Shown here one piece after another: positions 15,345 to 29,568 of a DNA stretch of 64,000 nucleotides; positions within the stretch are counted from its first letter, which is position 1, and every line of letters begins with the position of its first letter. The stretch is from Syncephalis fuscata S228 (taxonomy: Eukaryota > Fungi > Zoopagomycota), in contig JAHLTZ010000019.1 in assembly GCA_025786725.1 (NCBI GenBank), positions 248,001 through 312,000 on the forward strand, in the 5' to 3' direction. Below the pieces are notes generated by a model, which had not been told where the DNA came from, did no database searches, and was given only the letters and a program-made list of their open reading frames with translations. The position numbers were made by a program, and so were the translations under genes.

Positions 15345-16205
15345 TTATTCAATAAACAATGATTGTAGCCATTTAGGTCGCCATGCTTCATCTTGCACGA
15401 CCGTAGTAGCAAATAGTTCAATAAACTATTACATAGTCAGTTATATAGCATTATTAACAAACAATAGTCTTACCTCTTCATCAGCAATATTCTGTTTGGC
15501 TGCTAGTCTTTTATACTCGGTCAAAATGGACGTTAATGACCAGTTCTGTTATTTATAAACACTAGTTATTAGATTTTAATCAGGCTACATAGCCAACAAA
15601 CCTGTAATTTGCGCAAACAGCCTACAAGACAACCTACACGATGCTGTCATGTAATTAGTATTGGTAGAGCAGTCCACTATAACACGTACCTTCCCTTATT
15701 ACAGTGGACTAGCATTGGATGATTGCGCACATCTAATTCATAACAATTTATTAAAGTATTTAGACTAATTAAACTATAATTATTTACCTAACATCAAACT
15801 AAGTAGACCGGCCACTTTAACTGGGTCCATCTCTGTAAAGGGCTCCTATTAACACGTTAGTCTATTTACCGCTTACTATTTCTTCTATCTACTTTATTGC
15901 CAGCTGTGCGATATTGGTGAAATGAAATATTATGTTTCTCCATCCACTCCAACATATCCGGTGGATAGTCTTCTTTAGCAAGAAATCTATTATTGTTCGT
16001 TATTAACACTGCCTATATCATTGCAGCATGCCTACATAATAGAGCGTAAACCGAGTTTTTCAAGAAACCGATAGTTTTTTGGATTGGGATGGCCTGAGCG
16101 ATATATACCCGCTTCTACTAGTGCAAAGTTCAGCGGTGGCACTAGTGGCTGGTCTCGTGTGCGGTCCACATCACAATTCTCGCTGGTAGTTAGTGCTGTT
16201 GTCAT
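15345..16205 (-). CDS. Siw14/Oca-family (PFA-DSP) phosphatase
   Basis: Spliced sequence reads [56 protein letters not shown] and FIELF. Confidence 0.9.
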
Positions 16206-16677
16206 GGTACAGGGAATCGTGTACTGATTACAAACAAAGCTATAGAGGTTCCAGTATAATTACGCTAGACCAAAAAGCTTTAATAGCTAAAAGAAACACA
16301 ATGGCAGTAGCAGAATAATGGTGTTGGCAGTAATGGTGGCTGTTTAATGTCCCAATAGAGAATATCAAAGAGCAAATCCGTCAATAAAAAAGCCAAGCAA
16401 TGATTCATTTTTAATCGACTGCACTTATTTACATATTCACTCTTCTTATTGATAACAATCTAGCAACAGTTAACTATTCTTTTTTAACCTGTCCTACTAT
16501 ATCGCCAAGTAGCCGGTCTTTCATTAAACAAGAAGCTGATAACACCTTTAAAGTGTAATTGAAGTAAGTACTATTCTCATCGTCTAGTTTAGAAAGGGAT
16601 ACATTTTGTAATAGCCAGATAGTTGCTAGAGCCCTGCTACTTACTAACTGGCTATGTCTATTCATTAGTTGGTTGGA

Positions 16678-17870
16678 ATGGCACTTGCGGAACAAGAAGC
16701 GCGCGATCTATTGGCAAAAGCCACCAAAAAGGCCAATTACTCGGGCTGGTTTGGTGGCAACAAGTATGAAGAGGCTGCCGAACTGTACAGTCGTGCTGCC
16801 AATCAGTTCAAATTAGCCAAACTATGTAGGTGACTAGAGTAGCAAACATGACACTACAAAGTCAAAGTATCTATACTAATGCATCCATTGATACCTGCCG
16901 ATAGGGAAGGATGCAGGTGATGCTTTCTTTCGCCAAGCTGATATGCAAATACGGATACAGGAGCGAGATGAAGCGGCGCCTACATTCGTAGCTGCTTCCA
17001 AATGCTACAAAAAAAGCAATCCTGAAGGTAAGGAATGATTAGAGCAATTATATCAATAGCCTAAATGTCGTTGTCTACCTACAATTGCAGATGCCATTTC
17101 AGCCTTGAAGATGGCTATCGAGATTCTTACAGAGCGTGGGCGATTTCATGCAGCTGCTGCACACCAAAAGGATGTGGCACAGATCTATGAATCGGATCTA
17201 ATAAACGTTGAGGCAGCCATGGAATCTTATCAAACAGCAGCCGATTGGTATGGCGGTGAAGAAGCAACAGCGTAAGTAGTGCCATCATAGTCTACGGTCT
17301 ATCGTATTAATCTGTAGAATGGATGGATAGACAAGCCAATGCCTGTTTGTTAAAAGTGGCAGAATTTGCCGCACAACTTGAGCAATACGAACGAGCCATT
17401 GAAAAGTTTGAACAAGTAGCACGAGCCAATGTGGACAATCAATTAACCAAATGGTCACTTAAAGATTATTTCCTTAAAGCGGGCCTATGCCATTTATGCT
17501 GTCGAGTAAGTCGATATTTACTAACTAATTACAAATACAGTTTATTAATCAATTATATATAATCATTATTATATTAATCAATGGTAGGATACGGATGGAT
17601 TACAACGAGCCTTGGCCTGTTATCAAGATATGGATCTGACATTTGCCAATACACGTGAATGCAAGTTTCTACAAGTAAGTATTGCTGGTTTGCTAGTTAA
17701 ATCATACTAATATAGAGTAGAACATTGCTGAAGCCATTGATGCTGAGGATGTTGAGCAATTTACAAAAGTTGTCGTTGATTATGACCAATTGACAAAGTT
17801 AGATCCATGGAAAACAAGTATTTTGTTACGTATCAAAAAGTCGGTCAACGAAGAGCCTAGTCTTACGTAG
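16678..17870 (+). CDS. SEC17: alpha-SNAP
   Basis: [54 protein letters not shown] and [14 protein letters not shown] across 6 exons. Confidence 0.95.
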
Positions 17871-18004
17871 CCGTTTAATTGAAAGAAACAATAAATTGAT
17901 TGAGAACGCAAATATAGAATATACAGTTTATAAGAAAGATATAATATAGACAATATTGAAACTCCAGTACAGATTTAATATCTTATAAATTGCACTACCG
18001 ATAC

Positions 18005-18808
18005 TTATTCTACTTGGATATTACTCTTCCAAGTTGTATCAGCACCCAATGCTAAACGATCCGCCTGAGCTGCTCGTCGATGATAATCCGTACGAAGTCG
18101 TACATATTCTGTAGCAAATCGCTCCACCTCTATTGTTTGATCGATTCCACGATCAGCTGTACCGTTTTCATTAAGGAAAAGATCCCAACGCTCCTCGGAT
18201 GTTACATCTGCTTGTGTAGCCAATGCTCGTAACTGTTTCAATAATGCATCTGAAGTAAATCGCTATCATGAATGATCATATTATTAAATTCATCCATTCA
18301 GCAATAAATTTATATTTAATTAATTTACTAATTAATTAACTAATTAAATAGCCGATAATTAACCATACCTTGGCTGCATTTAATCGCCGCCATCTAAACG
18401 TTCCAGCTCTCGTCGCGTCTCCCAATAGGCCGCGGTAAGTTGTTCAATACGGGACTTAATACGAACAATCTCTTGTTTCTTGGCCAGCGAGCTTTCTAAA
18501 CATCAAAAGCATTATTATTACCCTTTTATTGTTAATCATAATCAATTACGTACCGGCTAGTTCACGATTACTAGCATGTAATTCCGCCAGGAACGTCTGA
18601 GCACTCCGTACCGACGATAGTTGTCCTAAACGTAGTGTCAGCTCGTTTGAAAGCTTGTTCAACTCATCAAGGCTAATAATATATATGTTATTATTGTTAG
18701 TTATAGCAGCATTGTACTAGCTTACGAAAGCGAGTCGAGGAATGCTAATTCATCGTCCACACCAGCAGATTGCTGTTGCTGTTGTTTATCTTTTAATTGC
18801 GTTTGCAT
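18005..18808 (-). CDS. VPS37-like ESCRT-I subunit (Mod(r) domain)
   Basis: Coiled-coil exons (LDSLSLDELNKL, SNRELAESSLAK) and the C-terminus DVTSEERWDLFL...FATEYVRLRTDYHRR. There is an apparent 1-nt indel near 18391. Confidence 0.7.
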
Positions 18809-19520
18809 TATAGCAGAATAATGCACCTTGAACTCAGTATACTAAACAGTAGTTCGTTGTGATTTCAAGACAAGCAAATGATCGCCTCAACTGCAAGACA
18901 ATAGAAATGGCTGTTGTTCTAAGTGTTGAATCGTTCGTTGATTGGACACGTGTCTTATACAGAATGAATCCTTGAATTGATTCAGTTCAGATAGATGTAC
19001 GATAATTCGTTGTGTTCCACATCCATTGTGTGCCCCTAATAAAATGTAATCCGTTGCTGCTTGGCGGCGTATTTAAAGCGGTGGATAATTTTGGACACCT
19101 CAAAGCATAGAACATTCTATTTTACTATTGTTGCTCTTCCATCAGCGTCGTGACCCTCGATTTACACTGGCCATCCTACACTGAGCCATCCTTTGCATTA
19201 TTTTTAGCTTCCACATAGAAGAAGCGTAGAAACATTGGTAACACCAATACATGTAAGTTAAATGTCATACTCTATATTTGTGAGCATATGTGACCAACAA
19301 TATTCCGTTATATTGCTAGTGGTGAGCATATTTGCATATATAACGGCTTGGGTGTTACTAGCAGAGTCACGCTTATTTTCTTGGCAATTTGTCTAACTTT
19401 ATCTACTGCTTTCTTTCTATCTATCTATCTATCTATCCATCTAGCTGTATATGTCTTTTGTACTTACGTTTGCTCCATTCTATCGATTCGATAGCTATAT
19501 AATTACTGTAGTAACTAAGC

Positions 19521-21577
19521 ATGACGTCCAAGCAAGACGTTGTATCATACAACATTCAACACTCAGCTGCCCCTTTATCAAATGAAACGCCTATCAGCAA
19601 AGCAGCTGCAAATGATGTCGGCAAAGCAGCTACAAATGATGTCGGCAATAACATCAACAATGCAACGCCTCGACCTATGAAGTTATTAGATGAGCCGAAT
19701 CTAAATACTGACTTATCTGCACCAAAATTTTCATTACGAAAATTATTAGCCTACATGGGACCAGGATGGTTAATGTAGGTCGCGACAGTAATGCAGTGGC
19801 AACAATAGCTGTCTACCAACCTAATAGCTCACTTCGGCTAACACTTCGTTTGCTGTTTAGGTCTATCGCCTTTCTGGATCCTGGCAGTTTGGAGTCGGAT
19901 TTACAGGCGGGCGCAATCACTGGCTATCGGTATGTAATCAGCTTCTATTGTAATGTTCTATAGACTTATCTCCTGTACCGTGGAATAGTCTATTATGGCT
20001 TCTTCTATGGTCACATGTCATTGGCCTCATCTATCAAGTGTTTTCAGCTCGCTTGGGAGTTGTTACAGGCCGTCATTTAGCCGAACATTTACGTGCCAGC
20101 TATCCTAATTGGACACTACGGATACTATGGGGATTCGTTGAAGTAGCACTTGTAGGCGCTGATGCACAATTGGTGATTGGTACGGCGATTGCTATTCAGG
20201 TTTTATTTGGTACGCCGTTGTGGCTCGGTGTCCTCCTGACCGGACTAAATATCCCGTTACTCTCGTTGATGAGCTATCTAAATCGCTCGGGAAATGGCCA
20301 AACCGGAAAGCGTATGGAATGGTGCTTTGCCGGTGCAATTGGCCTTATGGCTAGCTGCTTTTTCTGCGTCATGGGTCTATCAAAGCCAAAAGTTGGCGAT
20401 ATATTCTATGGTTTAGTTATACCAACTGTTCCAAAGAAGGCCCGTATGCAAGCCGTCGGTCTCTTTGGTGCTAGTAAGTAGCAATACAATTAGTGTGTAC
20501 ATACATGCTGACTATAACTTATAATTAGCGGTAATGCCACACAATGTTATATTACACTCTGCATTAGTTAAAGCAGCAGCTAAAAATATTCCTTCGACTA
20601 CTTCAATGGATTATGAATCTATATCAAAAAATAGTTTATATACGCAATCCCGAACTAAAACGGATACGAATTACAACAACCAAACTAATAATGCATTGGA
20701 ACGATGCTGCAATGACGAATCGACACCTTTAATCGAAAAGAATAGCGGCTATACATATCATAAAAGTCTAGATAGTATGGATCGTTCTTCATCACATATA
20801 ACTATTATTGACGACTTTTTCAGTTATCGAAAAGCTATGATCCGTGAAGTTAATTTTTACTTATCACTCGAAGCTTGTGTTACACTATTTGTTTCATTCC
20901 TTATTAATAGTGCTATTCTTATTTCCTTTGCATGCATATTCCCGTTACATCAAAAGGGCGATAATGACGTTAAATTGCCCGGACTGTACGAAGGAGCCCA
21001 TGTACTTGAAAAGGCTTTTGGCCCACTTGGTCCTTTACTATGGGGCTTTGGTTTGTTAGCTGCTGGACAAACAGCGACCATTACCGTTACATTAGCTGGT
21101 CAACATGTATTACAAGGATTCTGGCGGCAGTCGATGTCAGCCTGGCAACGTATTGCCAGTACGCGTATTTTATCACTTATACCAGCATTTATCGCTGCAA
21201 TCTGGTTTTCTGAACAGATGGACATGCTTGGCGAGTGGTTTAATGTGCTACAAAGCGTTTGTCTACCCATTGCCTTGGTGCCTTTACTACGACTTACCAA
21301 CTCTAAGTCTATCATGGGCGAGTTCCGTAATCCACGCTGGGCCAATATACTTGGCTGGACACTACTTATAATGATTATGATGATGAATAGCATTTTATAT
21401 GCTGATTTATTGAACCACTACATCGGATCAAATATTATTAGTTATATTTGTTTAGGTGTAGCAAGTACCATTGTTTTGGCATATCTCATTTTTTGTACCT
21501 ATATTGTTATTTGCCCATTGAAGTCTACAGACTTGATGTATGACGACGACGACGACGATAACGATATTAATGAGTAG
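19521..21577 (+). CDS. NRAMP-family divalent metal transporter (divergent)
   Basis: YMGPGWLMSIAFLDPGS, ARLGVVTGRHLAE, VMPHNVILHS and GLLAAGQTATITVTLAGQHVLQGF; multiple TM helices; 3 introns. Confidence 0.93.
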
Positions 21578-21802
21578 ACTATGCACTATAGCATGATTGT
21601 TTTGTTTCTTCACTTATTTGTTTTAACTATAAAATCATTTAAAAGCATCTATTGATTATTAACTGTGGTAATTCAATGTGTGTGTGTGTGTGTGTATGTG
21701 TGGATTTATTGATTTTTCTCTTTTCACTATTCAGCACGACCCAATTGGATCCTTCCCTTTTACACTTTGACCGGCAGCGCGATCCTAATCTTTTGCCACA
21801 GT

Positions 21803-23303
21803 ATGAACAGCAACGCTGCCCTACTCGACACCACCAACGACAATCAGGTCAGTGATCGGGGCAGAAAAGCGTCGATGCATTTACTGAACTAAGATTCGGT
21901 TTAAATAGATTGCCGAATTGTCGGCTATCCTGGTTCAGTTGAAAGGTGAATCAGATGCGGTGGCTGCCAAAGCACTCGAAGTGCGCATGAAGCCATTGCT
22001 CAAGGGTCGTGACTGGGAAGAAGTGTACGCTGTACTTATTGAAGAAGCCACTACGCTGTTTGCCGCGGCAGATAAAGGTGAACAAGTTGATAGATAGATA
22101 GATAGTGTAGCAATCAGTTAAGCTAACCGACGTTTTTGACTCCGTCGCTAGATCTTGAAGCCTCTTTCAACTTAGTGTTGGCCGTACTTGCCAACGCCAA
22201 AGAGGAACAAATTGACGCATTTACTACGCGTGTTCTTGTTTTTGTCGATGAAAACGATGCGGATCGCGTGGCTTTAAAGCTTAAAGTGTACGTAGTCTCT
22301 AATCCATTATAGTATTTTGATATTGATTCTATATGCATTTAGTTTATCGAATCTATTCAATGCTTTGCAAAATACCTCCTCTTTGCGCTCACGCGTATTC
22401 CAGTCGATTGTACGTCTTGCAGAACGTGCAGGTGCGATGAGTGCACTTGTGCCACAACTTGCTCATTTGGATGCTTGGATGACTGAGTGGTCGCTAGATG
22501 CAGAGCAACAAAGCGAACTCTACCTGCAACTTGGTCTAGCATTCAAGGCGGGCGGCCAACTTGAGCCAGCCTTTAATATGCGCCGCAAGTATTTGCATAC
22601 AATTCCTGAATCAAGCCGTGCCGGTGCTAAAGATCAAATCATTAGTGTAATTGCCGATGCTATTCAGTCACCTAGCTTTTTTGCCTTTGAGGAATTGGCC
22701 AGCATTCCCAGTGTGCAACAGTTAAACAAAGAGCCAGCTGGCCAACTACTTAACGTGCTTGTTGATAGCAGTGTAACTGAGTACCGCGGCTTTATCCGTG
22801 CTAATAACGATGCACTTGCTTCACTTGGTCTATCAAGCGAAGAAGTATTACGCAAGATGCGTATTCTTACGCTTGCCTCAATTGGTGCCGAACGTCTTGG
22901 TATTGAAGTACCATATGCCGACATTGCTAAGGCATTGGAGATTGAAACGGATGAGGTTGAGATTTGGGTCATTGATGGTAAGTGCATTAGTATGCTAGAA
23001 TATAATCAATATATTAATACTTGGCTATAAGTTATTCGTGCCGGTTTGATTGCTGCTCGTCTTAACCAGCTTAAGGAAACGGTCATTATTAGGTAGGCTA
23101 GTTTACTTGATATGTTATTGAATAATTATTAACGATTATTTATTTATTTAATTTACAGCCGATCTTCGTATCGTGTGTTTGGCCAGCGTGAATGGCAATT
23201 ATTAGGCAACCGATTGCATTCGTGGCGCAACTCGTTGAACTCTGTGTTGGAAGTTGTGTCGCATGCACGCACGGCCTCACAAACAGTTGTGCAAGGAAAA
23301 TAA
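21803..23303 (+). CDS. Translation initiation factor eIF3 subunit M (PCI domain)
   Basis: LSNLFNAL, RKMRILTLAS, YADIAKALEI...VEIWVIDVIRAGLIAARLNQ and RVFGQREWQLL. Confidence 0.9.
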
Positions 23304-23430
23304 GCTATACTATGTGTGCGCATATGTGATTCTTTTACAATAAAGAGAAATTCAAATGAACTAATACAAGTATGCACATTATTATAATAGTGATAACGAT
23401 GCAATTTCTAATCATTATATTTTTAGTAAT

Positions 23431-26400
23431 ATTAAATATAAGCTAAATAAAACATGAATAAAATAAATACTATTTAATTAATGTGATATATGTAAGAATG
23501 GCCACAAAAGCGACGACAGAACAAAAAGTATAAGAATACAGAAGGCAGAGAAAGATAATTATGTGGCAGTGCCAGTCACATAAATAATAGCATGCCATTA
23601 CAATAGTAGTAATCTAATAACTGTACTTGATAATATCCGCGCAATTAAACTAGACACTCAATCTATTGAACATGGGCCAAGTGGTGAGTTTTATTGAATA
23701 GTAAATATTCAACTATACTATGATTGGTGTTAAATGACTATATTTAATGGTATTTGTACATTTGAACTACACATCCAATCTATTGAACATGATGATGGAT
23801 GGTGAGTGACGTTAATTATCAAATACTCACCATCGTAGATTTGTTGTTCAGTATGCATATACTCTCTATTCATATATATCATCCCTATTGTATACACATA
23901 CTGCTATAAGCCATTCTTGACCTAATAGACATATTTTATTGTTATAGGTTTTAATTACATATAGCTTGCTAAATGAATGAGGTGAATGAGTTAAGATTTA
24001 TTAATAACAGTGCTAGAACCAAACGGACAACTGCAATAACTAGTGCATATTTAATAACCAATAAAATGATATGCAATATAACGAATATACAATATTGAAC
24101 AGTAATTAGCAATGTTGAAGTTATTGAGTAGATATGCATGATCAATGAGTGGAATTAGTCGACATTTATTAAGGATAAAGCCAGAACAAAATAAAAACAG
24201 TTTTGGATAAAGGAAGATTATGCAAGCATGAAATAATATGCATTAGAATAAATATACAATGGAAAGTGTATGATAATCGGTGTTGAGTTTATAGTGCATA
24301 TAACGGAATGAGAGAAATGAGCATTATGTGCCAGCATTTGCGCTAAGCATTATGTGCCAACATTTGCGCTATGTGCCAAGCATCTTTCGCGTAACTAACT
24401 ACATTCCGTTTTATTGAACATGAAGCTGAATGCTAAATAGTAACAATTATTAAAATATTTATTCTGTGTATTCATTATCTAGTACGCATATATCATTGCT
24501 GCAGTACTATGTTATTACTGTTCACACTGTTTAATCTCTGGCTTTCTTCTCGCTTACATACTCACCAACTCATCATTCTGCTCAATCGGTACCAAAGCCA
24601 TACCAATTTACACTAACTGATTTGTCTATCAAATAGTTACACAGCACATATATGCGTAAGCAAATTAATAAAAATATTTATTATTGGTAATCAAACAAAC
24701 AACAGTTCCAAGTAACGTATTGACGTTATACTATAGAATGATATAAAGCGAAATAAATATACAGTAAGAAACCATATAAAACAATATTAAAGTTGTAGTG
24801 CATATAACGCAATGAGTGGAATGAGTAAAGTATATTGGAACATATAAACAATAGAATGTGTTTAGTATATCATACGATGATATATAGTAGTGTAGGATAT
24901 AATGGAATGATATAGGTGAATAGAGGATATATGCATACTGGATAATAATATACACTGATGAGTACTTGATGATTGACGTCACTCACCACCCATCGTCATG
25001 TTCAATAGCAAGAAAGTTTAACTTAAATGTATAAATATTATCAAATACAGTCATTTGACCACTAAATCACATTAAATATTAATAAATTATTAAATAGCAG
25101 TAATAGAAATATTTAATTTAATTAGCAAAATAAAGCACTTGTATTTTATTTAAATATTTAGTATGATGTAGTTGTATTGAATACAATTGATTGTAATATG
25201 TTAATATTTGCAAAAGAAAACGTTACCTTTATTTAGTTGACAAAATTACATAACACTAATATAATAATACAAACCAAGTAACTAGTGGCGCATTGTGGCC
25301 TTGTTCTTGCTGAATTTAACTATTTTTTGGATCTATATCAGTTAAAATAAGTAAACTAGCATGCAAATTAACCGCCGCAATAATGTTTGTTGAGCAATTA
25401 CACTGATATGAATTCAGAACAGCTGTTGGTCATAGCCACAAAACACAAGTTCCTTTGCCTTCTGCAGTGAGCATGACCAAGACTACTAGCGCGCATAAAC
25501 TATTCAACCAACTGCACCCATCACTACTATTCCCTGCATGATCATGGAGGCAGTTTGTATACGTTGTATTGTATAAATCCTATGCACTTTCATGCAAGTT
25601 CCAGATAGCGGAAGCTGTATAAACAACATAGCTTTATCACCACTTCCATATTGAATTTAGCACAGGTGATATCTCCAAGCAGAGACTATATATTGCATAT
25701 ACCCCAAATACCATCAATGCAATTACAACAGGCAAACACATAGCAATAACCATATTCGCTATTCAGAAGTCTAATCAGCTAAGTGTGATCTAACACCGTT
25801 CGCAGCATGCTGGAATGCATCCGCAAAATCATATAGTGTCTAGTTGACTATATATCTCTCGATGTTCAACATAGCTAACAGAGTGACTGTATTACACTGC
25901 GCACACACTAGTTTACTTATCTTAAATATGCCAAATAATGAGCAGCAGCGATCCTGTAATCATTAGACGTCCAGCGAGTGCAAAGCATATTAAACAACTA
26001 ATGACAGTAAGAGCGAATGAGTGTAGCGTATGTCCAGTGGTAAAGAGTAGAAAGAGAAGATAAAAAGGCAATGCTGGTTTAGAGGAGTGGTAAAGTCTGC
26101 TTATATACTGCGGCAATAGCGGAAAATGTAATAAAACATGAGTCACCTGAAACCATATATGACCAATATACTACGTAATTACTCGTAGTCTTCCATATAA
26201 ATGGCCATCATCACTCTAGTAGGAATCTTAGTATACGTACCTGTTAGTTTAGTATGCGCTAAGCCATTTATCTTCTTGTCTAAAAAGCACTCTGCTCACC
26301 TATTGTATAAAGAATCTTTGCTACTATCCACCATATTAGCCAAACACTAATATCAGCAAGATCTTTACAGTGCGGTAAACTGATGGATTAAATCTAGGTT

Positions 26401-27646
26401 ACACGATTTAACCAATTAAGCGTAAAAATGATTTACACTAAACTTTACATATAGCATAGCAAGTAGCTCTGTTTATTCAGTAATATCAATTATAACTTTA
26501 TTTTAAAGCAATGCTGACCATTTATATAGCCATAACATAATTAAATGGCATCGGTATCTAGCCAGTAGTTTATGACAAGCACTAATGCAATAGATTTCAA
26601 AGTTTTAAAATACGTTGTAATTTATCAAGTTTATTTGATGTAATTAAAAGTAGTAATAAAATGATCAGTAATATCTACAACTGCAGTGCTAGTGATTCTA
26701 TACTTAGCTATCCTATTTAAATAGTTATAAAGTATTCCATAAATAATATTAAAATCATTTGTATTAAGTCTATGAGTAAAATGAATTGAGTTGTGCAAAT
26801 AATGCAGATAACAATAAACAGACAGTCTCTAAATGTAACGCACCATTATTAGAACTGATAATACTATAAAGTAACAAGGAAAACATAAATGGCTGTGTTG
26901 AATTTATAGCTACGTGATTCAAGATTTATAACCAATAAGACTAACAACAAATTAGCAACAGGGTTTAATAGAATGTAGCCAGCAGAGTATACAATGATAT
27001 AAGACAAGCTGAATGAACAGCAAGAGGAGTGTGAGTGTGAGTGATAAAGCTATAATGTGCATGTATGGAAAAATAAAATAAGTTGATATTTACAACGAAT
27101 AAGGCTAGCGATAAACAGGCAATAGCTTGAGTAGCGCGTATTTACTATACAATAAAACGACATAGAATAGAATGAATATACAAGGAAAAGTGTACGATTA
27201 GCAATGTTGAAGTTATTGAGCATGTATGCATGAACAGATGAGCAGAATTAGTCGACATTTATTAAGGATAAAGCTAAAACAAAAATAAAAGCAGTTTTGG
27301 ATAAAAGAAGACTGTATGCGGACAGAATAATATATAAAATGATAAATGTACGATAAGAAAGCATATAAACCGATGTTAAGGTTATAGTGCGTATAGCATA
27401 ATGAGTAGAATGAGTAAAGTACACTAAAGTATATAAACAATAGAATGTGTTTAGTATGGAATAGAATGATATATAGTAGTGTAGGATATAATGAGAATGA
27501 TATAGATGAATAGAAAATATATGTATACTGGATATATGCATACTGAATAATAAATCTACAATGATGAGTATTTGATAATTGATGTCATTCACCACTTAGC
27601 TACACGTTCAATAGATTGGATGTTATTAAAAATAGTCATTTAACAC
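23431..27646 (-). mobile_element. About 4.2-kb composite non-autonomous repeat (copy A) with about 2 satellite units
   Basis: 23780-27646 is the reverse complement of 43604-49779 apart from satellite copy number. Mirror ORFs in the track: 24731/46270, 25922/45102 and 27248/43655. Confidence 0.9.
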
Positions 27647-28012
27647 TAAATAATGTTAATTATTAATAATCTGTTTGCTGTATATCGCTAATTATCCTAA
27701 TTATAAAATTATATAACAATGCATTATTTTGCTAAATGATCTGCTCACTGTTGCACTGTATCATTTAGATGACTATTTGTAAATACAAATAAATATACTA
27801 TAATTGCTTATTCAATATTCAATATTTCAACACAAAGCATAAACATGACTAACTGTCAACATAGCTTTACTTACAAGCAGCTAATTTAATAGCACATCTG
27901 CTCTACTGTATTTCTATAAATAAAACTATATATAATACGACTAATTTATAGGAGAAATAGAAATTTATGTGACATATAATGTACATGATCAAGCATTTGA
28001 TAATAAGAAAAA

Positions 28013-29568
28013 CTAACGCGAATTCTTCGCTGATGCGTGTTTCCAGACGGCCATTAAATCACTATAGCAATATTATTATCCGTTAAATTTAATTAGTATA
28101 GAACACGATAACTTACGTCACAACACTAGTCCATGGCACGTTAACAAATGTCATACAGCATTGTAGACTGTCATAGACAACAGGTTCTGGATGCTCATTA
28201 AGTGCAATACGTTTTAACGATTGGAAAAACGACGCAGCAGAATTAGGTCGAACAAACGGCGCAAATGGGCTTTCTGATCGTTTAGGATAATAATCCTCTG
28301 GTGAGGCGTATTCTTTGTGCTCGGAGTACTGCTGATTCTCAGCACCATGGACATCATAGCCGGTAATAGCAACTTGAGCATGACCTTTACCGCCAGGACC
28401 ACGCATCATAATAAACTCGGTTAGTGGTGGATCATTGCCAGTAGTTAACCGAAAACGACGATTAATTTTCGGTGCTGTTTTACGCTTATAGTTGTCCATT
28501 AGTGCGGCAAAACTAGCTGCACCTTGAAATAAAGTAACTTTATAGTTGCTATTGCCATCCTGTGATACACGCCGACCATTTAATGCTGATAATGCAGCAT
28601 CTGTGCCGCCTGACGCATCAAATCTTGTATTATTGTTATTATTGTTGTTGTTATTGTCGCTACTACTATTATTATAGTGTGAAGTAGTTGCCGGTACCAT
28701 GGCTGATAATTCAACACATAAATATTCTCCATCACGTACTACTAATTGCTCAAATGCGTCTTCAAAGTCTTCAACTACATAGTAGATGAGTGGCCAGGAA
28801 CATTCCCAGCTTCTTTCCTTTTCATTGACGCTCGATTTTGTAGGCATTGCATACACACTTCGACTTACACGACGTGTTGTTTGAATCATACTACTTCGAC
28901 GTCCCGTGGGCGAAGCTGCTTCAACATTACGTTTACAAACCGCCACTGTTAGCTTTACAGGCACCTATGTCAAGGTTGAAGGATTAATACCAACTGAGCT
29001 GATACACAACTATCTTCTAACTTACTTGAACGATAAGATTAAGAAAAAATGTTTCTTTCCAAAGAACAATATCATTATCAAGATGCGGCATTGGATTAGG
29101 CTGCGTTTGACGTCGTTTAACAAACACCGGATCTGCATTATCTTCAAGGGTTTGTCGATGGGTAAATACAGAAGATGGTCGTGAAGAAGATAGACTTGCA
29201 CGATCATCATGCATAGCATCTCGTTCATCAGGTTGATCAACGGCTTTACGTACGAAAAATAGTAAGTCATCGGTATCAGGATCGTTGTAATCTACGAAAT
29301 ACTCGCGAAAAAGATTTTTCCATCTAGATATACACAATTTAATACAAGCCGGCCACGGATACTATGTGGCTAACTACCTTGGATCGACTAAATCAGGATC
29401 GCCTTCGACTATTTGACCATAAAGCGATTTACTAGATTGCCGGTGCCGAATAATACGTGAGTCTGGATCACCGCTAGCATGTTTTCCGCTAGCCAATTGT
29501 GCCACCGTCATAGGTGGCGTAAGCGACTCTGTCTCCAGCCGTTGAAGAATATTACCCAAAGTACGCAT
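28013..29568 (-). CDS. KIAA0930/DUF2045-like conserved protein
   Basis: DDLLFFVR, WKETFFLNLIVQ, WPLIYYVVEDFEDAF, YLCVEL, LFQGA and EFIMMRGPGGKGHAQVAIT. Confidence 0.8.
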
